A stretch of DNA of 64,000 nucleotides from an uncultured Acidobacteriota bacterium (lineage in GTDB: Bacteria; Acidobacteriota; Thermoanaerobaculia; Multivoradales; SZUA-115). The stretch's first letter is position 1. The number at the start of each line of letters is the position of its first letter. A program made the translations under genes and the position numbers. The notes under the pieces are model-generated. The model did no database searches, was not told where the DNA came from, and worked only from the letters and a program-made list of their open reading frames with translations. Below are positions 23,185 through 33,336 of this stretch, piece by piece. The DNA lies in the NCBI GenBank assembly GCA_963805975.1, contig CAWDVR010000002.1, forward strand, positions 776,543-840,542, in the 5' to 3' direction.

Positions 23185-24411
23185 TATCAGATCCTCCCTC
23201 GCCTGGCTTCCGGCCTGCTCCAACGTGTCATGGAGGTTTCGCCAGTGGTCGTGGTGATGGGTGCTCGCCAGACCGGAAAGAGCACTCTCGTCCAATCCGA
23301 ACCCTCGCTCGCAGATGCGCTCTACCTGACCCTCGACGATCTCGCCGCACGCGAGCGGGCGATAACCGCCCCGGACGACTTCGTACACAGCGCGCCCCGC
23401 CTGATCCTCGACGAGGTCCAACGCCAGCCGGAGCTGGTCCTCGCCATCAAGCGGGCCGTCGACCGTGATCGCCCGCGTGTCCCCGGCCGCTTCGTGGTCA
23501 CCGGCTCGGCGAACCTCCTGCTCATGCAACGGATCTCCGAGACCCTGGCCGGCCGGGCAACCTACGTCACCCTGTGGCCGCTCTCGCGGCGGGAAAAGCT
23601 GGGGTTGGGGCGGGCCGGTCTCTGGGACGAGCTCTTTTCGACGCCGCCCCGTCAGTGGTACGACCTTCTTCGGCAGCAGCCGCCTCGGTCGGTAAGCTGG
23701 GAGGCCGAGGTCCGAGTCGGGGGCTACCCGACGCCCGCGGCGGAGCTCAGGTCAGACGCAGATCGAGCGATCTGGTTCGATGGCTACTTGCGGACCTACC
23801 TCGAGCGCGACCTCCAAGACCTCGCCGCGATCGACAACCTGCTGGACTTCCGGCGCCTGATGCGTGCGACTTGCCTGCGGCTCGGCAACCTCGTCAACCA
23901 GGCCGAGCTGGGGCGGGACACGGGCATTCCTCGTCCCACCGTTCATCGCTACCTGAACCTCCTCGAGACATCCTTTCAACTGGTGCGCTTGGAGCCCTAT
24001 GCGGTCAACCGGACCAAGCGACTCATCAAGGCTCCCAAGCTCTACTGGAGCGACCCTGGCCTGGCCCTCTACCTGAGCGGCCTCGAGCAGCCAACGGGTT
24101 TTCACCTGGAGAACCTCGTGCTCGTGGATCTCCTCGTCTGGCGCGATGCACAGGTGCCGCGGCCGGAGGTTCTCTACTGGCGCACGGCCGCCGGGCTCGA
24201 GGTCGATTTCGTCATCGAGCACCGCCGCGGGCTTCTACCCATCGAGGTGAAGGCTACGTCCCGACCGGGATCGAAAGATATCCGCGCGCTGCAAGCGTTT
24301 CGCGACGAGTACCCTGACCTCTTCCTCGGCGGCCTGCTGCTCCACGATGGCGAGGAGACGCAGTGGCTCTCGGACTCCATCCTCGCGGTCCCCTGGCATC
24401 GGGTCGTCTGA
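23176..24411 (+). CDS. AAA-family ATPase of the AAA_14/DUF4143 type
   Basis: VVVMGARQTGKSTL is the P-loop. LILDEVQR is the Walker B. C-terminal DUF4143-like region (EVDFVIE...IEVK). Start chosen at MDDYQILPRL (23176). Confidence 0.8.
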   Translation: MDDYQILPRLASGLLQRVMEVSPVVVVMGARQTGKSTLVQSEPSLADALYLTLDDLAARERAITAPDDFVHSAPRLILDEVQRQPELVLAIKRAVDRDRPRVPGRFVVTGSANLLLMQRISETLAGRATYVTLWPLSRREKLGLGRAGLWDELFSTPPRQWYDLLRQQPPRSVSWEAEVRVGGYPTPAAELRSDADRAIWFDGYLRTYLERDLQDLAAIDNLLDFRRLMRATCLRLGNLVNQAELGRDTGIPRPTVHRYLNLLETSFQLVRLEPYAVNRTKRLIKAPKLYWSDPGLALYLSGLEQPTGFHLENLVLVDLLVWRDAQVPRPEVLYWRTAAGLEVDFVIEHRRGLLPIEVKATSRPGSKDIRALQAFRDEYPDLFLGGLLLHDGEETQWLSDSILAVPWHRVV

Positions 24412-24440
24412 GGAAAAGTGGCCGGTAGGGGCCGCAGCCG

Positions 24441-25466
24441 CTATGCCGGCCGCACGGCACCGGCGGCGATCGAGGCCACGACCTGGTCGGTGAACTCGGA
24501 GGTCGAGGCCGTGCCCCCCAGGTCGCGGGTATAGACCTGCCGCGTGACGATGGTGTCGTAGAGGCCGCCGCGCACGCGCTCCGCGATCTCGTTCAGGCCC
24601 AGGTGGCGGAGCATGAGGATCGCCGAGCGCACGAGGGCGAGCGGGTTCGCGAGATTCTTGCCGGCGATGTCGGGGGCGCTGCCATGGACGGCCTCGAACA
24701 CGGCGACGGTGAGGCCGAGGTTGGCGCCCGGCACCACGCCGAGGCCGCCCACCAGCCCGGCCGCGAGGTCCGAGACGATGTCGCCATAGAGGTTCTCGAG
24801 CACCAGCACGTCGTACTCCTCGGGCCGCACCACGAGCTGCATGCAGAGGTTGTCGATGATCTTGTCGTCGAAACGGATCTCCGGGTACTCCTTCGCAACT
24901 GTGCGGCAGCAGTCGAGAAAGAGCCCGTCCGACTTCTTCATGATGTTGGCCTTGTGCACGGCCGTGACGCGCTGGCGGCCGTGGAGGCGCGCGTAGTCGA
25001 AGGCGAAGCGGGCGATGCGCGTGGAAGCCACGGCGGTGATGATCTTCAGGCTCTCGACCACCCCCGGCACCACCTCGTGCTCGAGCCCGCGGTAGAGGCC
25101 CTCGGTGTTCTCGCGCACGATGATCAGGTCGACGCCGGGGAACTTGGTCGGCAGGCCGGGCAAGGTGCGCGCCGGCCGCAGGTTGGCGTAGAGGTCGAGC
25201 TCCTGGCGGAGCTGGACGTTGATCGAGGAGAAGCCCTTGCCCACCGGCGTCGTCACCGGGCCCTTGAGCGCCACCTTGTTGCGGCGGATGGACTCGAGCA
25301 CCTCTGCCGGCAGCGGCACGCCGTGCTTCTCCACCGCCTCGGCGCCGGCCACGTGACGCTCCCATTCGAAGTCCGCGCCCGCGGCGGCGAGGATCTCGAG
25401 CGTCGCATCCGCCACCTCCGGGCCGATGCCGTCGCCGGCGAGAAGGGTGATGGTGGGCTTGCTCAT
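24441..25466 (-). CDS. Isocitrate/isopropylmalate dehydrogenase family protein (NAD-dependent IDH-like, 341 aa)
   Basis: MSKPTITLLAGDGIGPEV..., TAVHKANIMKKSDGLF, NLYGDIVSD, GSAPDIAGKNLANP. Only the C-terminal 341 aa of the track ORF 24441..27392 is real. Confidence 0.85.
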   Translation of the reverse strand: MSKPTITLLAGDGIGPEVADATLEILAAAGADFEWERHVAGAEAVEKHGVPLPAEVLESIRRNKVALKGPVTTPVGKGFSSINVQLRQELDLYANLRPARTLPGLPTKFPGVDLIIVRENTEGLYRGLEHEVVPGVVESLKIITAVASTRIARFAFDYARLHGRQRVTAVHKANIMKKSDGLFLDCCRTVAKEYPEIRFDDKIIDNLCMQLVVRPEEYDVLVLENLYGDIVSDLAAGLVGGLGVVPGANLGLTVAVFEAVHGSAPDIAGKNLANPLALVRSAILMLRHLGLNEIAERVRGGLYDTIVTRQVYTRDLGGTASTSEFTDQVVASIAAGAVRPA

Positions 25467-25652
25467 GGCGGGCGGGAAGGTATCACAGCGGGAGCATTCC
25501 CAGCCCCGAGACGAGCGGCCGATTTCCACCGCCTGCATTCTCGCGCCTGAGACCCCAAACCAACGAAAAGGCCCGCAAACACGAGGGTTTCCGCGTGGTC
25601 TCGCCCTTGCTCTCCACGACCGACAGACCATCGATCGAAAGGAGCCTCGGGT

Positions 25653-27419
25653 ATGGAGCAAGGGAAGAATAGAAAAGTATGCCCTCGCTGGCGGGCTGCC
25701 GCGCTCGCGGGAGTGCTGGCTGCCACGGGGACTACCGCCGCAGTCGCGGCCCCTCACCATTCGACGTTCGTGGATCAGTCCGTGCTGTCGGTGATGGAGC
25801 CGGGCAAGGCCTACCGCGTGCGGGTGCGGCTCAAGAACACGGGGACGAACACCTGGAGCGCGGCGCAGAGCTACCGCCTCGGCTCGCAGAACCCGCAGGA
25901 CAACATGACCTGGGGCCTCAACCGCGTCAACCTGCCGGCAGGGCTGAGCGTCCCGCCCAACGCCATCCACGAGTTCGTCTTCGACGTCCAGGCGCCCTCG
26001 GCCGCCGCCACCTACAACCAGCGCTGGCGGATGGTGCGCGAGGGGGTCGAGTGGTTCGGCGACTTCACGCCGAACGTGGCGGTGCGCGTCAACTCGAACC
26101 TGGGCTGGAAGGGCACGCACCTCTCTCGCATGTGCCGGGTGTGGGCGCTCGGCAACCTCGGCGCTCGCCAGACCGTGCCGGGCGTGAGCTATCTGGACCT
26201 CGCGGACCGCGTGGCGCAGGCTGGCTGCCGCCTGCTCAACTGGGGAGGCTCGGGCTGGGACAAGGCCACCGACGGGCACGCCTTCGCGGCGACCGATCCC
26301 TACTGGGACCGTGCCGAGGCGTTCATCCACCGCACCAAGACGGGCAACCCCGAGGCACGCTTCATCTACACGCTGGCCGAGGTCATGCACCCGAGCAAGG
26401 TGGCAACGGTGCAGGAAGGGCTCCCGGTGTGGACGGACATCGCGCCCCTCGAGTGCCTGCGCGACTCCCCGGCCCTCAAGCGCTACATGTTCCGCTGGTT
26501 CTTCAAGGAAAACGACGACGTGGTGTGTACCCCTGCCGGCCAGCCGGTGCCGGCCGGGGGCTGCCGCTGCTCCACGCACCCGACCTGCCCGTCGAACCAT
26601 TTCTGCCCTGCCACCACGACCAACCCGGAGTGGGTGAACCACATCCCAGACGTGCGGCAGGAAGCGACGAAGGTCTGGTGGGCGAAGCTCGCGAGCCACG
26701 CCTGCAGCAGCGGTTTCGAGGACATCAACTTCAGCCTGGCTTTCCGCTCGGCCAGCCTCGACTGGCCCGCCTATGGGAACCTCCAGGAGATCATGAACCG
26801 GGTGCGAGCGGTCGCCTGCGGTGCGGACACCAGCTTCGGGGTGGAGGACCTGCGTCGCGCGCCGGAGGGCGCGCCACCGCTGGCCAGCATCGGCGAGCGC
26901 TTCCTCAAGCGGATCGACAAGATCCAGAAGCTCTCGCCTGGCGAAACCTACAACAGCCGCGGCTGCTTCCAATTCGACAACGACCCCGGCCAGCCAGGGG
27001 ACCTCTGCATCCCACGCGAGCGGTTCGAGACGCCGGGTTATCCCGCGAGCTACGGCTCGCCGTATGTGGAGCTCGACGGGGACTCTCGCTGGCGGTTCTT
27101 CACCGCGTCCTACGAGGCGCGCCGGCGGTTCCTGCTCCACAGCCTGCGCTCGGCGCGGGCGACCTACGGCAACGGCGTGCCGACCTTCTTCGAGGTGCCG
27201 ATGGTCCTGCCGGTGCCGGCGGCGTCGTTCACCGAACAGTTGGGGCCCTTCGGCGATCCCATCGGTTGGAGCCTGACCTGGGACGACCTCGAGGACTCGG
27301 CCGGGCCGCTCCCGGTATGCTCGACACCCGCCTGGCCGGGCGGAGCGCCCTTCCCGGTTCACGGCGTCGCCGATCTCTGGTCGTGCGGCCACGGGGACCT
27401 GTTCCCCGCGAGCTGGTGA
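25653..27419 (+). CDS. Hypothetical secreted protein with N-terminal Ig-like/CARDB-like beta-sandwich and Cys-rich central region
   Basis: AAGGAG SD. Signal peptide. KAYRVRVRLKNTGTNTWS...HEFVFDVQAPSAAATYNQRWRMVREGVEWFGD is an Ig-like module. Unknown catalytic domain. The overlapping 25679..27430 frame is Arg-rich noise. Confidence 0.7.
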   Translation: MEQGKNRKVCPRWRAAALAGVLAATGTTAAVAAPHHSTFVDQSVLSVMEPGKAYRVRVRLKNTGTNTWSAAQSYRLGSQNPQDNMTWGLNRVNLPAGLSVPPNAIHEFVFDVQAPSAAATYNQRWRMVREGVEWFGDFTPNVAVRVNSNLGWKGTHLSRMCRVWALGNLGARQTVPGVSYLDLADRVAQAGCRLLNWGGSGWDKATDGHAFAATDPYWDRAEAFIHRTKTGNPEARFIYTLAEVMHPSKVATVQEGLPVWTDIAPLECLRDSPALKRYMFRWFFKENDDVVCTPAGQPVPAGGCRCSTHPTCPSNHFCPATTTNPEWVNHIPDVRQEATKVWWAKLASHACSSGFEDINFSLAFRSASLDWPAYGNLQEIMNRVRAVACGADTSFGVEDLRRAPEGAPPLASIGERFLKRIDKIQKLSPGETYNSRGCFQFDNDPGQPGDLCIPRERFETPGYPASYGSPYVELDGDSRWRFFTASYEARRRFLLHSLRSARATYGNGVPTFFEVPMVLPVPAASFTEQLGPFGDPIGWSLTWDDLEDSAGPLPVCSTPAWPGGAPFPVHGVADLWSCGHGDLFPASW

Positions 27420-27507
27420 TCTTCCGCTGAATAGAAGAAGCTCGACGGCAGCCGGACGGTGCCACCAGGCCCGCCCGGCTGCTTCGGCTCCCCGCCCCTC
27501 TCCCCGC

Positions 27508-30500
27508 CTAGCGGCCCAGCTCTTCGAGCCGGGCCACCACGTCGCGATAGTTGGTGTTGACGCCGTAGATGTCGACGAAGGTCTTGTAGGCGCTGTCGCG
27601 CTCGCCGGTCAGCAGGTAGGCGCTGCCGAGCTCGTAGAGCAGGCCGAGCGACTCGTTCTCGGAGAGCGCGGGGTTGTCGAGACCGCGCTTGTACCACTTG
27701 ACGGCGAGCTCCGGCAGGCCCTTGTCGATGAAGCACATGCCGAGCATGGAGCAGCAGTCCACCAGCCGGTCGGGATGCTTGGCGGAGAGCTGGAACTCGC
27801 CGATCGCCTCGTCGAGCAGACCCATCTCGCGGTAGGCGATGCCGAGGTTGAAGTGGGTCTCGTAGTCCTCGGGGGAGAGGTGCTCGGCCACGCCGCGCTT
27901 GAAGCCTTCGACGATCTCCTCGAGCGACTGCTCGTGCGGTTGGGCGAAGAGGCTCTCGCCGTGGATCGCCTCCTCCTTCCGGAGCTCTTCTTCGAGCTCG
28001 GCCGCGAGGTTGAAGAAGCCCTCCTCGGCCTCGAAGATCTTCTGGTCGGCCGCCGGGCCGGCGGCGGCCTGCGCCGAGGCCTCGTCGAGCCAGGACAGGT
28101 CGGCCTCGTCGAGCGCCGGCGCCACGGGCTCGGCGGCGAAGATCTCGATCCCGTCGAGGTCGTCGGCGGTGGCGGCGAAATCCTCGGGCAGCTCGGGTGG
28201 GGCCGGCGGAGCCTCCGCCGCGGGCTCGGGCGCCAGAGACGGCGGTGCGAAGAGCGGCGCAGGCGCGGGCGGTGGGACTGGAGCCGGCGTCCCGGGAGCG
28301 GGCGCTCCCGAAGCCAGGCCCTCGGCCTCGATGTCGGCGCCGATGCTCTTGAGGTCGAAGAGGTCGCCAGCCTCTGCGGCGGCCACCGGAGCCGGCGGCG
28401 GGGGCGGCGCCGAGACCGGCTTCGCCGGGCGGGCGGCAGCAGGCCGGCCCCGGACGCTGCCGGCGATCTGGGCCAGGGTGGCGTCCAGGTCCTGGATCGG
28501 CGCCTTCTTCTTGGGTGCCGGGGCCGACGCCGGGGCTTCGACCGGCAGCGGCGGCGCCGGAGCCGCCACCTCGGCAGCCGGAGGCGCGGGGGGCTCCGAA
28601 GCCTTCTCGAAAGGAACCTCTTCGAACAGCTCCAGCGGCGGGAGCTGCTCTTCGGCCTCGGCCGCGAACGGGGGCAGCGATCCCTCGAAAGAGCTCCACG
28701 GCTCGCCGGCGAGCGCCGGGGCGTCGAACCCGTCGAAGCTGAGGTCGATCTCCGCCGGCTCCGGCTCGAGGGCAGGAAGCGGCGCGTGCTCGACGGCCGC
28801 CGGGGCCTCGTCGTGCGGCTCGGGCAGCGCCGCCGCTTCCACCACCAGGGGCTCTTCCGATACCGGGGGTTCTGCCGGCCGAGGTCTGACCTCGGGCTCG
28901 GCCACGGCGGCGCCCGGTGCGGCGGTCACGCGGCGCTCGCCCTCGATACGGAAGCCGGCCGCGAGCAGGCGCTCGCGGACTTCCTGCCACGGCTCCGGAT
29001 TGCCCATCTCGGCCGCGATGGCGCCCATCTCGTTGGCGAGCATCACCACCCGCTCGTGGCGGCCCATCTCGAGATAGAGGCCGATCTGTACCGCGTAGGC
29101 CCCCAAGTGGTTGGGGTTGATCCGGAACACCTCTTCGAGGCGCTCCAGGGCCTTGTCCCGCATGCCGTACTTGGCGAGCACCTCGGCCTCGGTCAGGAGG
29201 TCGTCCTCGTGCGCGTGACGCCGCGGCTCGAGCTCGGCCGCCGTCCGTTCGAGGAGGTCGATGTCGAGATCGGGCACGGCCTCCGCACGGTCGCGCTCGT
29301 CGGCGAAGTCGAACTCGGGCTGCACTTCCCACGGCTGAGGCTCGACCGCGGGCGCCTCGCTGGCCGGCGCTTCGATGACCACGGCCGGCGGCGGCGGGGC
29401 CGCTGTCCGGCCGGCGGCCGAAGGTTCGAAGGGCGGCACCTCTGCCGGCGGCCGGGGCGGCTTCTCGAGCATGTCCGGCGGCGGTGCGACCTGGCTCGCC
29501 GGTGTCGCGTCGTCGTCGAGGTCGAAAACGAAGACCTCGTCGAGGTCGAGGTCGAACTCCACCGGAGGCGGCGCTCGCACCGGTTCCGGCGGAGCGGCAC
29601 CGGCCGCGGTGTCCTCCTCGAGCAGCATCTCGACCGGGCTGTCCTCCGGAGGCCGCTCTTGCCGGGGGTGGGGCTGGGATTCCTCGGCCAGCCGGCCGCC
29701 GTGATCGTCGACAAAAGCCGGCGGCTCGGGCCGCGGTGGAGGCGCCGGTCGGGAGACGGCGGCGGGCGGTGGCGGAGCCGGCTCGACCTTGGACCGCGGG
29801 TGGACGAGGGGCAGCTCTCGCGCCACCGGCTTCTCCGGCACCGGCGGAGCGCTCGGCGCCAGACCGTGGCCGAGGTCGCCAAGGCGCTGCTCGATCCCCG
29901 GGTTGCGCTTGGTCACGGCGGCAAGCAGCCGCGCCGCCGCGCCGTCCTGCCCGGCCGCGCGCAGGCTCTGGATCGCATCCCGCAGCAGCTCGTGGTTCTC
30001 GGGGTCGATGTCGAGAGCCTTTTCCCAAACCCGGGTGGCACCCTCCCACTGGCCGCTCGCGACGAGCTGCCCGGCGATGGTGCGGTACTCGCCGATCGCC
30101 TCGGCGATCGCCCCCTGCTGCTCCAGGAGGTCGGCCAGCCTGGCGCGGTGCGAGGGGTTCCCCGGCTCGAGCTGCACCATCCGCCGGCAGATGGCGGTCG
30201 CCGCCGGGGCGTCGTTGTGCTTCTGGAAGTAGTCGGCCAGCACCTGGTACTGGGTGCGCGCCTCGTTGACCAGGCCCTGGCGGTGGTAGAGCTCGGCCAG
30301 GCGCTCGTAGATGTCGAGCCGCGTGGGGTCGAGCTTGATGATCTTCTTGTAGATGGCGATCGCTTTGACGAAGAAGCCGTCGTCCGTGTAGTGCTCGGCG
30401 ATGCGGACGAAGAGCGTGATCGCCTCGCCGTGGCGCTCCAGGCGGGCGTAGAGGTCGCCCACGCGGTTGAGCGTGTTGGTGTCGCGCGGGTTGTCCGCCA

Positions 30501-30594
30501 GCACCTTGCGGTACTCGCGGATCGCCGCCTCCACCTTGCCGCGGGCGACGAGGCGCTCGGCCTGCTGGATGACCTTCTCGCGGGTGGCGGCCAA
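27508..30594 (-). CDS. Large TPR-repeat protein with a ~570-aa Pro/Ala/Glu-rich disordered linker
   Basis: N-terminal and C-terminal TPR blocks (YRKVLADNPRD..., HFNLGIAYREMGLLDEAIGEFQ...). Central low-complexity PPxP/EAPA region. Confidence 0.8.
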   Translation of the reverse strand: MAATREKVIQQAERLVARGKVEAAIREYRKVLADNPRDTNTLNRVGDLYARLERHGEAITLFVRIAEHYTDDGFFVKAIAIYKKIIKLDPTRLDIYERLAELYHRQGLVNEARTQYQVLADYFQKHNDAPAATAICRRMVQLEPGNPSHRARLADLLEQQGAIAEAIGEYRTIAGQLVASGQWEGATRVWEKALDIDPENHELLRDAIQSLRAAGQDGAAARLLAAVTKRNPGIEQRLGDLGHGLAPSAPPVPEKPVARELPLVHPRSKVEPAPPPPAAVSRPAPPPRPEPPAFVDDHGGRLAEESQPHPRQERPPEDSPVEMLLEEDTAAGAAPPEPVRAPPPVEFDLDLDEVFVFDLDDDATPASQVAPPPDMLEKPPRPPAEVPPFEPSAAGRTAAPPPPAVVIEAPASEAPAVEPQPWEVQPEFDFADERDRAEAVPDLDIDLLERTAAELEPRRHAHEDDLLTEAEVLAKYGMRDKALERLEEVFRINPNHLGAYAVQIGLYLEMGRHERVVMLANEMGAIAAEMGNPEPWQEVRERLLAAGFRIEGERRVTAAPGAAVAEPEVRPRPAEPPVSEEPLVVEAAALPEPHDEAPAAVEHAPLPALEPEPAEIDLSFDGFDAPALAGEPWSSFEGSLPPFAAEAEEQLPPLELFEEVPFEKASEPPAPPAAEVAAPAPPLPVEAPASAPAPKKKAPIQDLDATLAQIAGSVRGRPAAARPAKPVSAPPPPPAPVAAAEAGDLFDLKSIGADIEAEGLASGAPAPGTPAPVPPPAPAPLFAPPSLAPEPAAEAPPAPPELPEDFAATADDLDGIEIFAAEPVAPALDEADLSWLDEASAQAAAGPAADQKIFEAEEGFFNLAAELEEELRKEEAIHGESLFAQPHEQSLEEIVEGFKRGVAEHLSPEDYETHFNLGIAYREMGLLDEAIGEFQLSAKHPDRLVDCCSMLGMCFIDKGLPELAVKWYKRGLDNPALSENESLGLLYELGSAYLLTGERDSAYKTFVDIYGVNTNYRDVVARLEELGR

Positions 30595-30605
30595 TGTGCG
30601 GGCCC

Positions 30606-31250
30606 TCAGCAGACCGCGGCGCGCGGCAGAACCGAGCGGAAGGTGAGGCGGTGGAGCGGGCAGGGGCCGTGGGTGACGAGCGCCGACAGGTGCTCGGGCG
30701 CGCCGTAGCCCTTGTGCGACGCGAAACCGTAGTGCGGGAAGTCGCGGCCGAAGCCGACCATCAGCCGGTCGCGCGCCACCTTGGCGACGATCGAGGCCGA
30801 GGCCACGGCGTAGGAGACGGCGTCGCCGCGGATCAAGGGCAGGTAGGGAACGCCGAGACCGGGCAGCGGGACGGCGTCGATCACCACGCAGTCCGGCGCC
30901 GGATCGAGGCCGGCGAGGGCCCGGCGCATGGCCAGGCGGGTCGCTTCGAGGATGTTGACGCGATCGATGTCACCCGCGTCGACGGCGGCCACCGAGACCG
31001 CCAGCGCGCTCGCCCGGATCTGGTAGGCCAGGCGTTCGCGCTCCGCGGGATCGAGGTTCTTGCTGTCGTCGACGCCGGGCACCAGGCGCTCCGGGTCCGG
31101 GATCACGGCTGCCGCCACCACCGGGCCGGCCAGCGCCCCTCGCCCGACCTCGTCCACTCCGGCGATGCGCAGATAGCCGCACTGCTGGAGCAGGCCTTCG
31201 AGGCCTCGCATCAGGCGCAGTCGGTAGGCTTCGGCGAACAGCTCCAGCAC
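30606..31250 (-). CDS. rnhB: Ribonuclease HII
   Basis: IAGVDEVGRGALAGPVVAAAV...DDSKNL...RGD matches RNase HII. Confidence 0.92.
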   Translation of the reverse strand: MLELFAEAYRLRLMRGLEGLLQQCGYLRIAGVDEVGRGALAGPVVAAAVIPDPERLVPGVDDSKNLDPAERERLAYQIRASALAVSVAAVDAGDIDRVNILEATRLAMRRALAGLDPAPDCVVIDAVPLPGLGVPYLPLIRGDAVSYAVASASIVAKVARDRLMVGFGRDFPHYGFASHKGYGAPEHLSALVTHGPCPLHRLTFRSVLPRAAVC

Positions 31251-31361
31251 GGTACTGACGTGCTCCTCGGTTGCTCTACGGTCCCTCGTTCGCCTCGGAT
31301 CGGCCGGCGCAGAGCTTTCTGCAACCGGCGGGTCTGGTTGCGCACTGTGCCCGGGCGGTCC

Positions 31362-31739
31362 TCAGCCGCCGCCCGCCGCGCTCTCGCTGGGGCGCTCGTC
31401 GCGCCGCTCTTCGATGCGGGCTGCACGGCCCCGCAGATCGCGCAGGTAGTAGAGCTTGGCGCGCCGCACCTTGCCGCGGCGGACGAGCTCGATCTTGTCG
31501 AGCACCGGCGAGTGCAGAGGAAAGATCCGCTCGACGCCGACGCCGCCCGAGATCTTGCGCACGGTGAAGGTCTCGCGGACGCCGCCGCCCCGGCGGGCGA
31601 TGATCACGCCCTGGAAGATCTGGATCCGCTCTTTACTACCTTCGACTACCCGCACGTGTACCTTGACGGTATCGCCGGGACGAAACTCTGGGATGCCGCC
31701 GCGCAGATACGCGGCCTCGACCTGCTGCAACTGGTTCAT
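31362..31739 (-). CDS. rplS: 50S ribosomal protein L19
   Basis: [35 protein letters not shown]...[19 protein letters not shown]. Confidence 0.95.
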   Translation of the reverse strand: MNQLQQVEAAYLRGGIPEFRPGDTVKVHVRVVEGSKERIQIFQGVIIARRGGGVRETFTVRKISGGVGVERIFPLHSPVLDKIELVRRGKVRRAKLYYLRDLRGRAARIEERRDERPSESAAGGG

Positions 31740-31787
31740 CGTGACCTTCCCTTGAAAGAAAGAAACCCGAAAAGGAGACGCTCCGCA

Positions 31788-32537
31788 TCATTCCGCATCC
31801 GAGCCGGGGATTGCAAGTGTCGTCCGTGATTCACTTTGCGGCCGGTCGGCAGGGGCGAGGCGGGCCGGCGCCAGGAGGTCCGGGCGCTTGCGGCGCGTCG
31901 CCTCCAGGGCCTTCTCCCGCCGCCAGCGCTCGATGGCCGCGTGGTCGCCCGAGAGCAGCACCGCCGGCACCGGAAGACCCTCGACCTGCGGTGGCCGGGT
32001 GTAGTGGGGATGGTCCAGCAGGCCGCCGCGGAAGCTGTCGCGCTCGACCGAGCCGGCGAGCCCCACCACCCCGGGCACCTGGCGCGACACCGCCTCGATC
32101 AGCACCATGGCCGGCAGCTCCCCTCCCGACAGCACGTAGTCGCCAATCGAAACCTCCTCGTCCACCACCGTCTCGAGCACCCGCTCGTCCAGCCCTTCGT
32201 ACCTGCCGCAGAGCAGCAGGAGCTCGCCCCTACCGCCCAGCTCGCGCACCTTGGCCTCGTCCAGCCGCCCCCCCTGGGGCGAGAGCAGAACCCGCCACGG
32301 CGCGCTCTCGCCACCCACCTCCCGCACCGCCCTGATCCACGGCGGCGCCGTCATCACCATGCCGCCACCGCCGCCGTAGGGCTCGTCGTCGACGCTCCTG
32401 TGGCGGTCCTCGGTGAAGCCCCGCAAATCGTGGACCGCCACCTCGAGCAGGCCCTTCTCGATCGCCCGCCCCACCAGGCTGGTCCCGAGGAAGGTCGAGA
32501 ACAGCTCGGGGAAGATGGTTATGACCTGGATGCGCAT
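31788..32537 (-). CDS. trmD: tRNA (guanine37-N1)-methyltransferase
   Basis: MRIQVITIFPELF...DDEPYGGGGGMVM...LLCGRYEGLDERV. Confidence 0.95.
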   Translation of the reverse strand: MRIQVITIFPELFSTFLGTSLVGRAIEKGLLEVAVHDLRGFTEDRHRSVDDEPYGGGGGMVMTAPPWIRAVREVGGESAPWRVLLSPQGGRLDEAKVRELGGRGELLLLCGRYEGLDERVLETVVDEEVSIGDYVLSGGELPAMVLIEAVSRQVPGVVGLAGSVERDSFRGGLLDHPHYTRPPQVEGLPVPAVLLSGDHAAIERWRREKALEATRRKRPDLLAPARLAPADRPQSESRTTLAIPGSDAE

Positions 32538-33076
32538 GCTTCGACGAGGCCGGGAGGCAGATCGAGCTCGATCGACCTCGCCTCGACATCGATCGAGCGG
32601 ATGAAGCGCTCGACGAACGGCACCAGCACTTCACCCGCCGGCCCCGAGACCACCAGCATCTGCCCGCCGCCCTCCTCCACCAAGTCCGTCACCTCGCCCA
32701 GCACGCCGGCCTCACGGTCGTGGCAGCGGCAGCCGACGAGCTGGAACTGGTAGAAGGCGCCCGCAGGGGGCGGCGGCACCTCGTGCGGCTCGACCTCCAG
32801 GGTCGAGCCCCGCAGCGCCTCGGCCGCGTTGCGGTCCGCGACGCCCTCGAAGGTGACGAGGGAGAAGCCCTTGTGCGGCCGGGCCGCCGCCACCGTGAGA
32901 GCGCGCCGGCCACCGCGCCGGTCCACTGCCGTGAACTCGCGGCCCTCCGCCAACCGCCCGGGCACATCGGACAGCAGCTCCACCGCCACCTCGCCGCGAA
33001 TGCCATGGGCGTGGTGGACGACGCCGACCACCACGGTCTCGGCCGGCTGGCTAGTCGTCGAGGATCTCGAGACCAT
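32519..33076 (-). CDS. rimM: 16S rRNA processing protein RimM
   Basis: VVVGVVHHAHGIRGEVAVEL...PRB barrel. Start at ATG 33076 (alternatives possible). Confidence 0.85.
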   Translation of the reverse strand: MVSRSSTTSQPAETVVVGVVHHAHGIRGEVAVELLSDVPGRLAEGREFTAVDRRGGRRALTVAAARPHKGFSLVTFEGVADRNAAEALRGSTLEVEPHEVPPPPAGAFYQFQLVGCRCHDREAGVLGEVTDLVEEGGGQMLVVSGPAGEVLVPFVERFIRSIDVEARSIELDLPPGLVEACASRS

Positions 33077-33314
33077 ACTGCGCGCTCTCGGCGTCCCCAC
33101 GGCAATCGAGCAGCGTGCGCAGCGCGCGGGCCGTCCGGCCGCGGCGGCCGATCACCTGGCCCATGTCCTCGGGGGCCGCCGTCACCTCGAAGACTGTGGC
33201 GCGGCGCATCGGCACCGCCACCACCGACAGCTCCTGCGGCTGGTCGACGATCTGCCTCAGCAGGCTTTCGAGGTCCGCGCGGACCGCTTCGGGGTCGGAT
33301 CTGGGCTCGGACAT
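33051..33314 (-). CDS. khpA: KH-domain RNA-binding protein (YlqC/KhpA-like) between rpsP and rimM
   Basis: VIGRRGRTARALRTLL is the KH GXXG loop. Conserved synteny. Confidence 0.8.
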   Translation of the reverse strand: MSEPRSDPEAVRADLESLLRQIVDQPQELSVVAVPMRRATVFEVTAAPEDMGQVIGRRGRTARALRTLLDCRGDAESAQYGLEILDD

Positions 33315-33336
33315 GGGAGTGGATCAGGAGCCCGGC

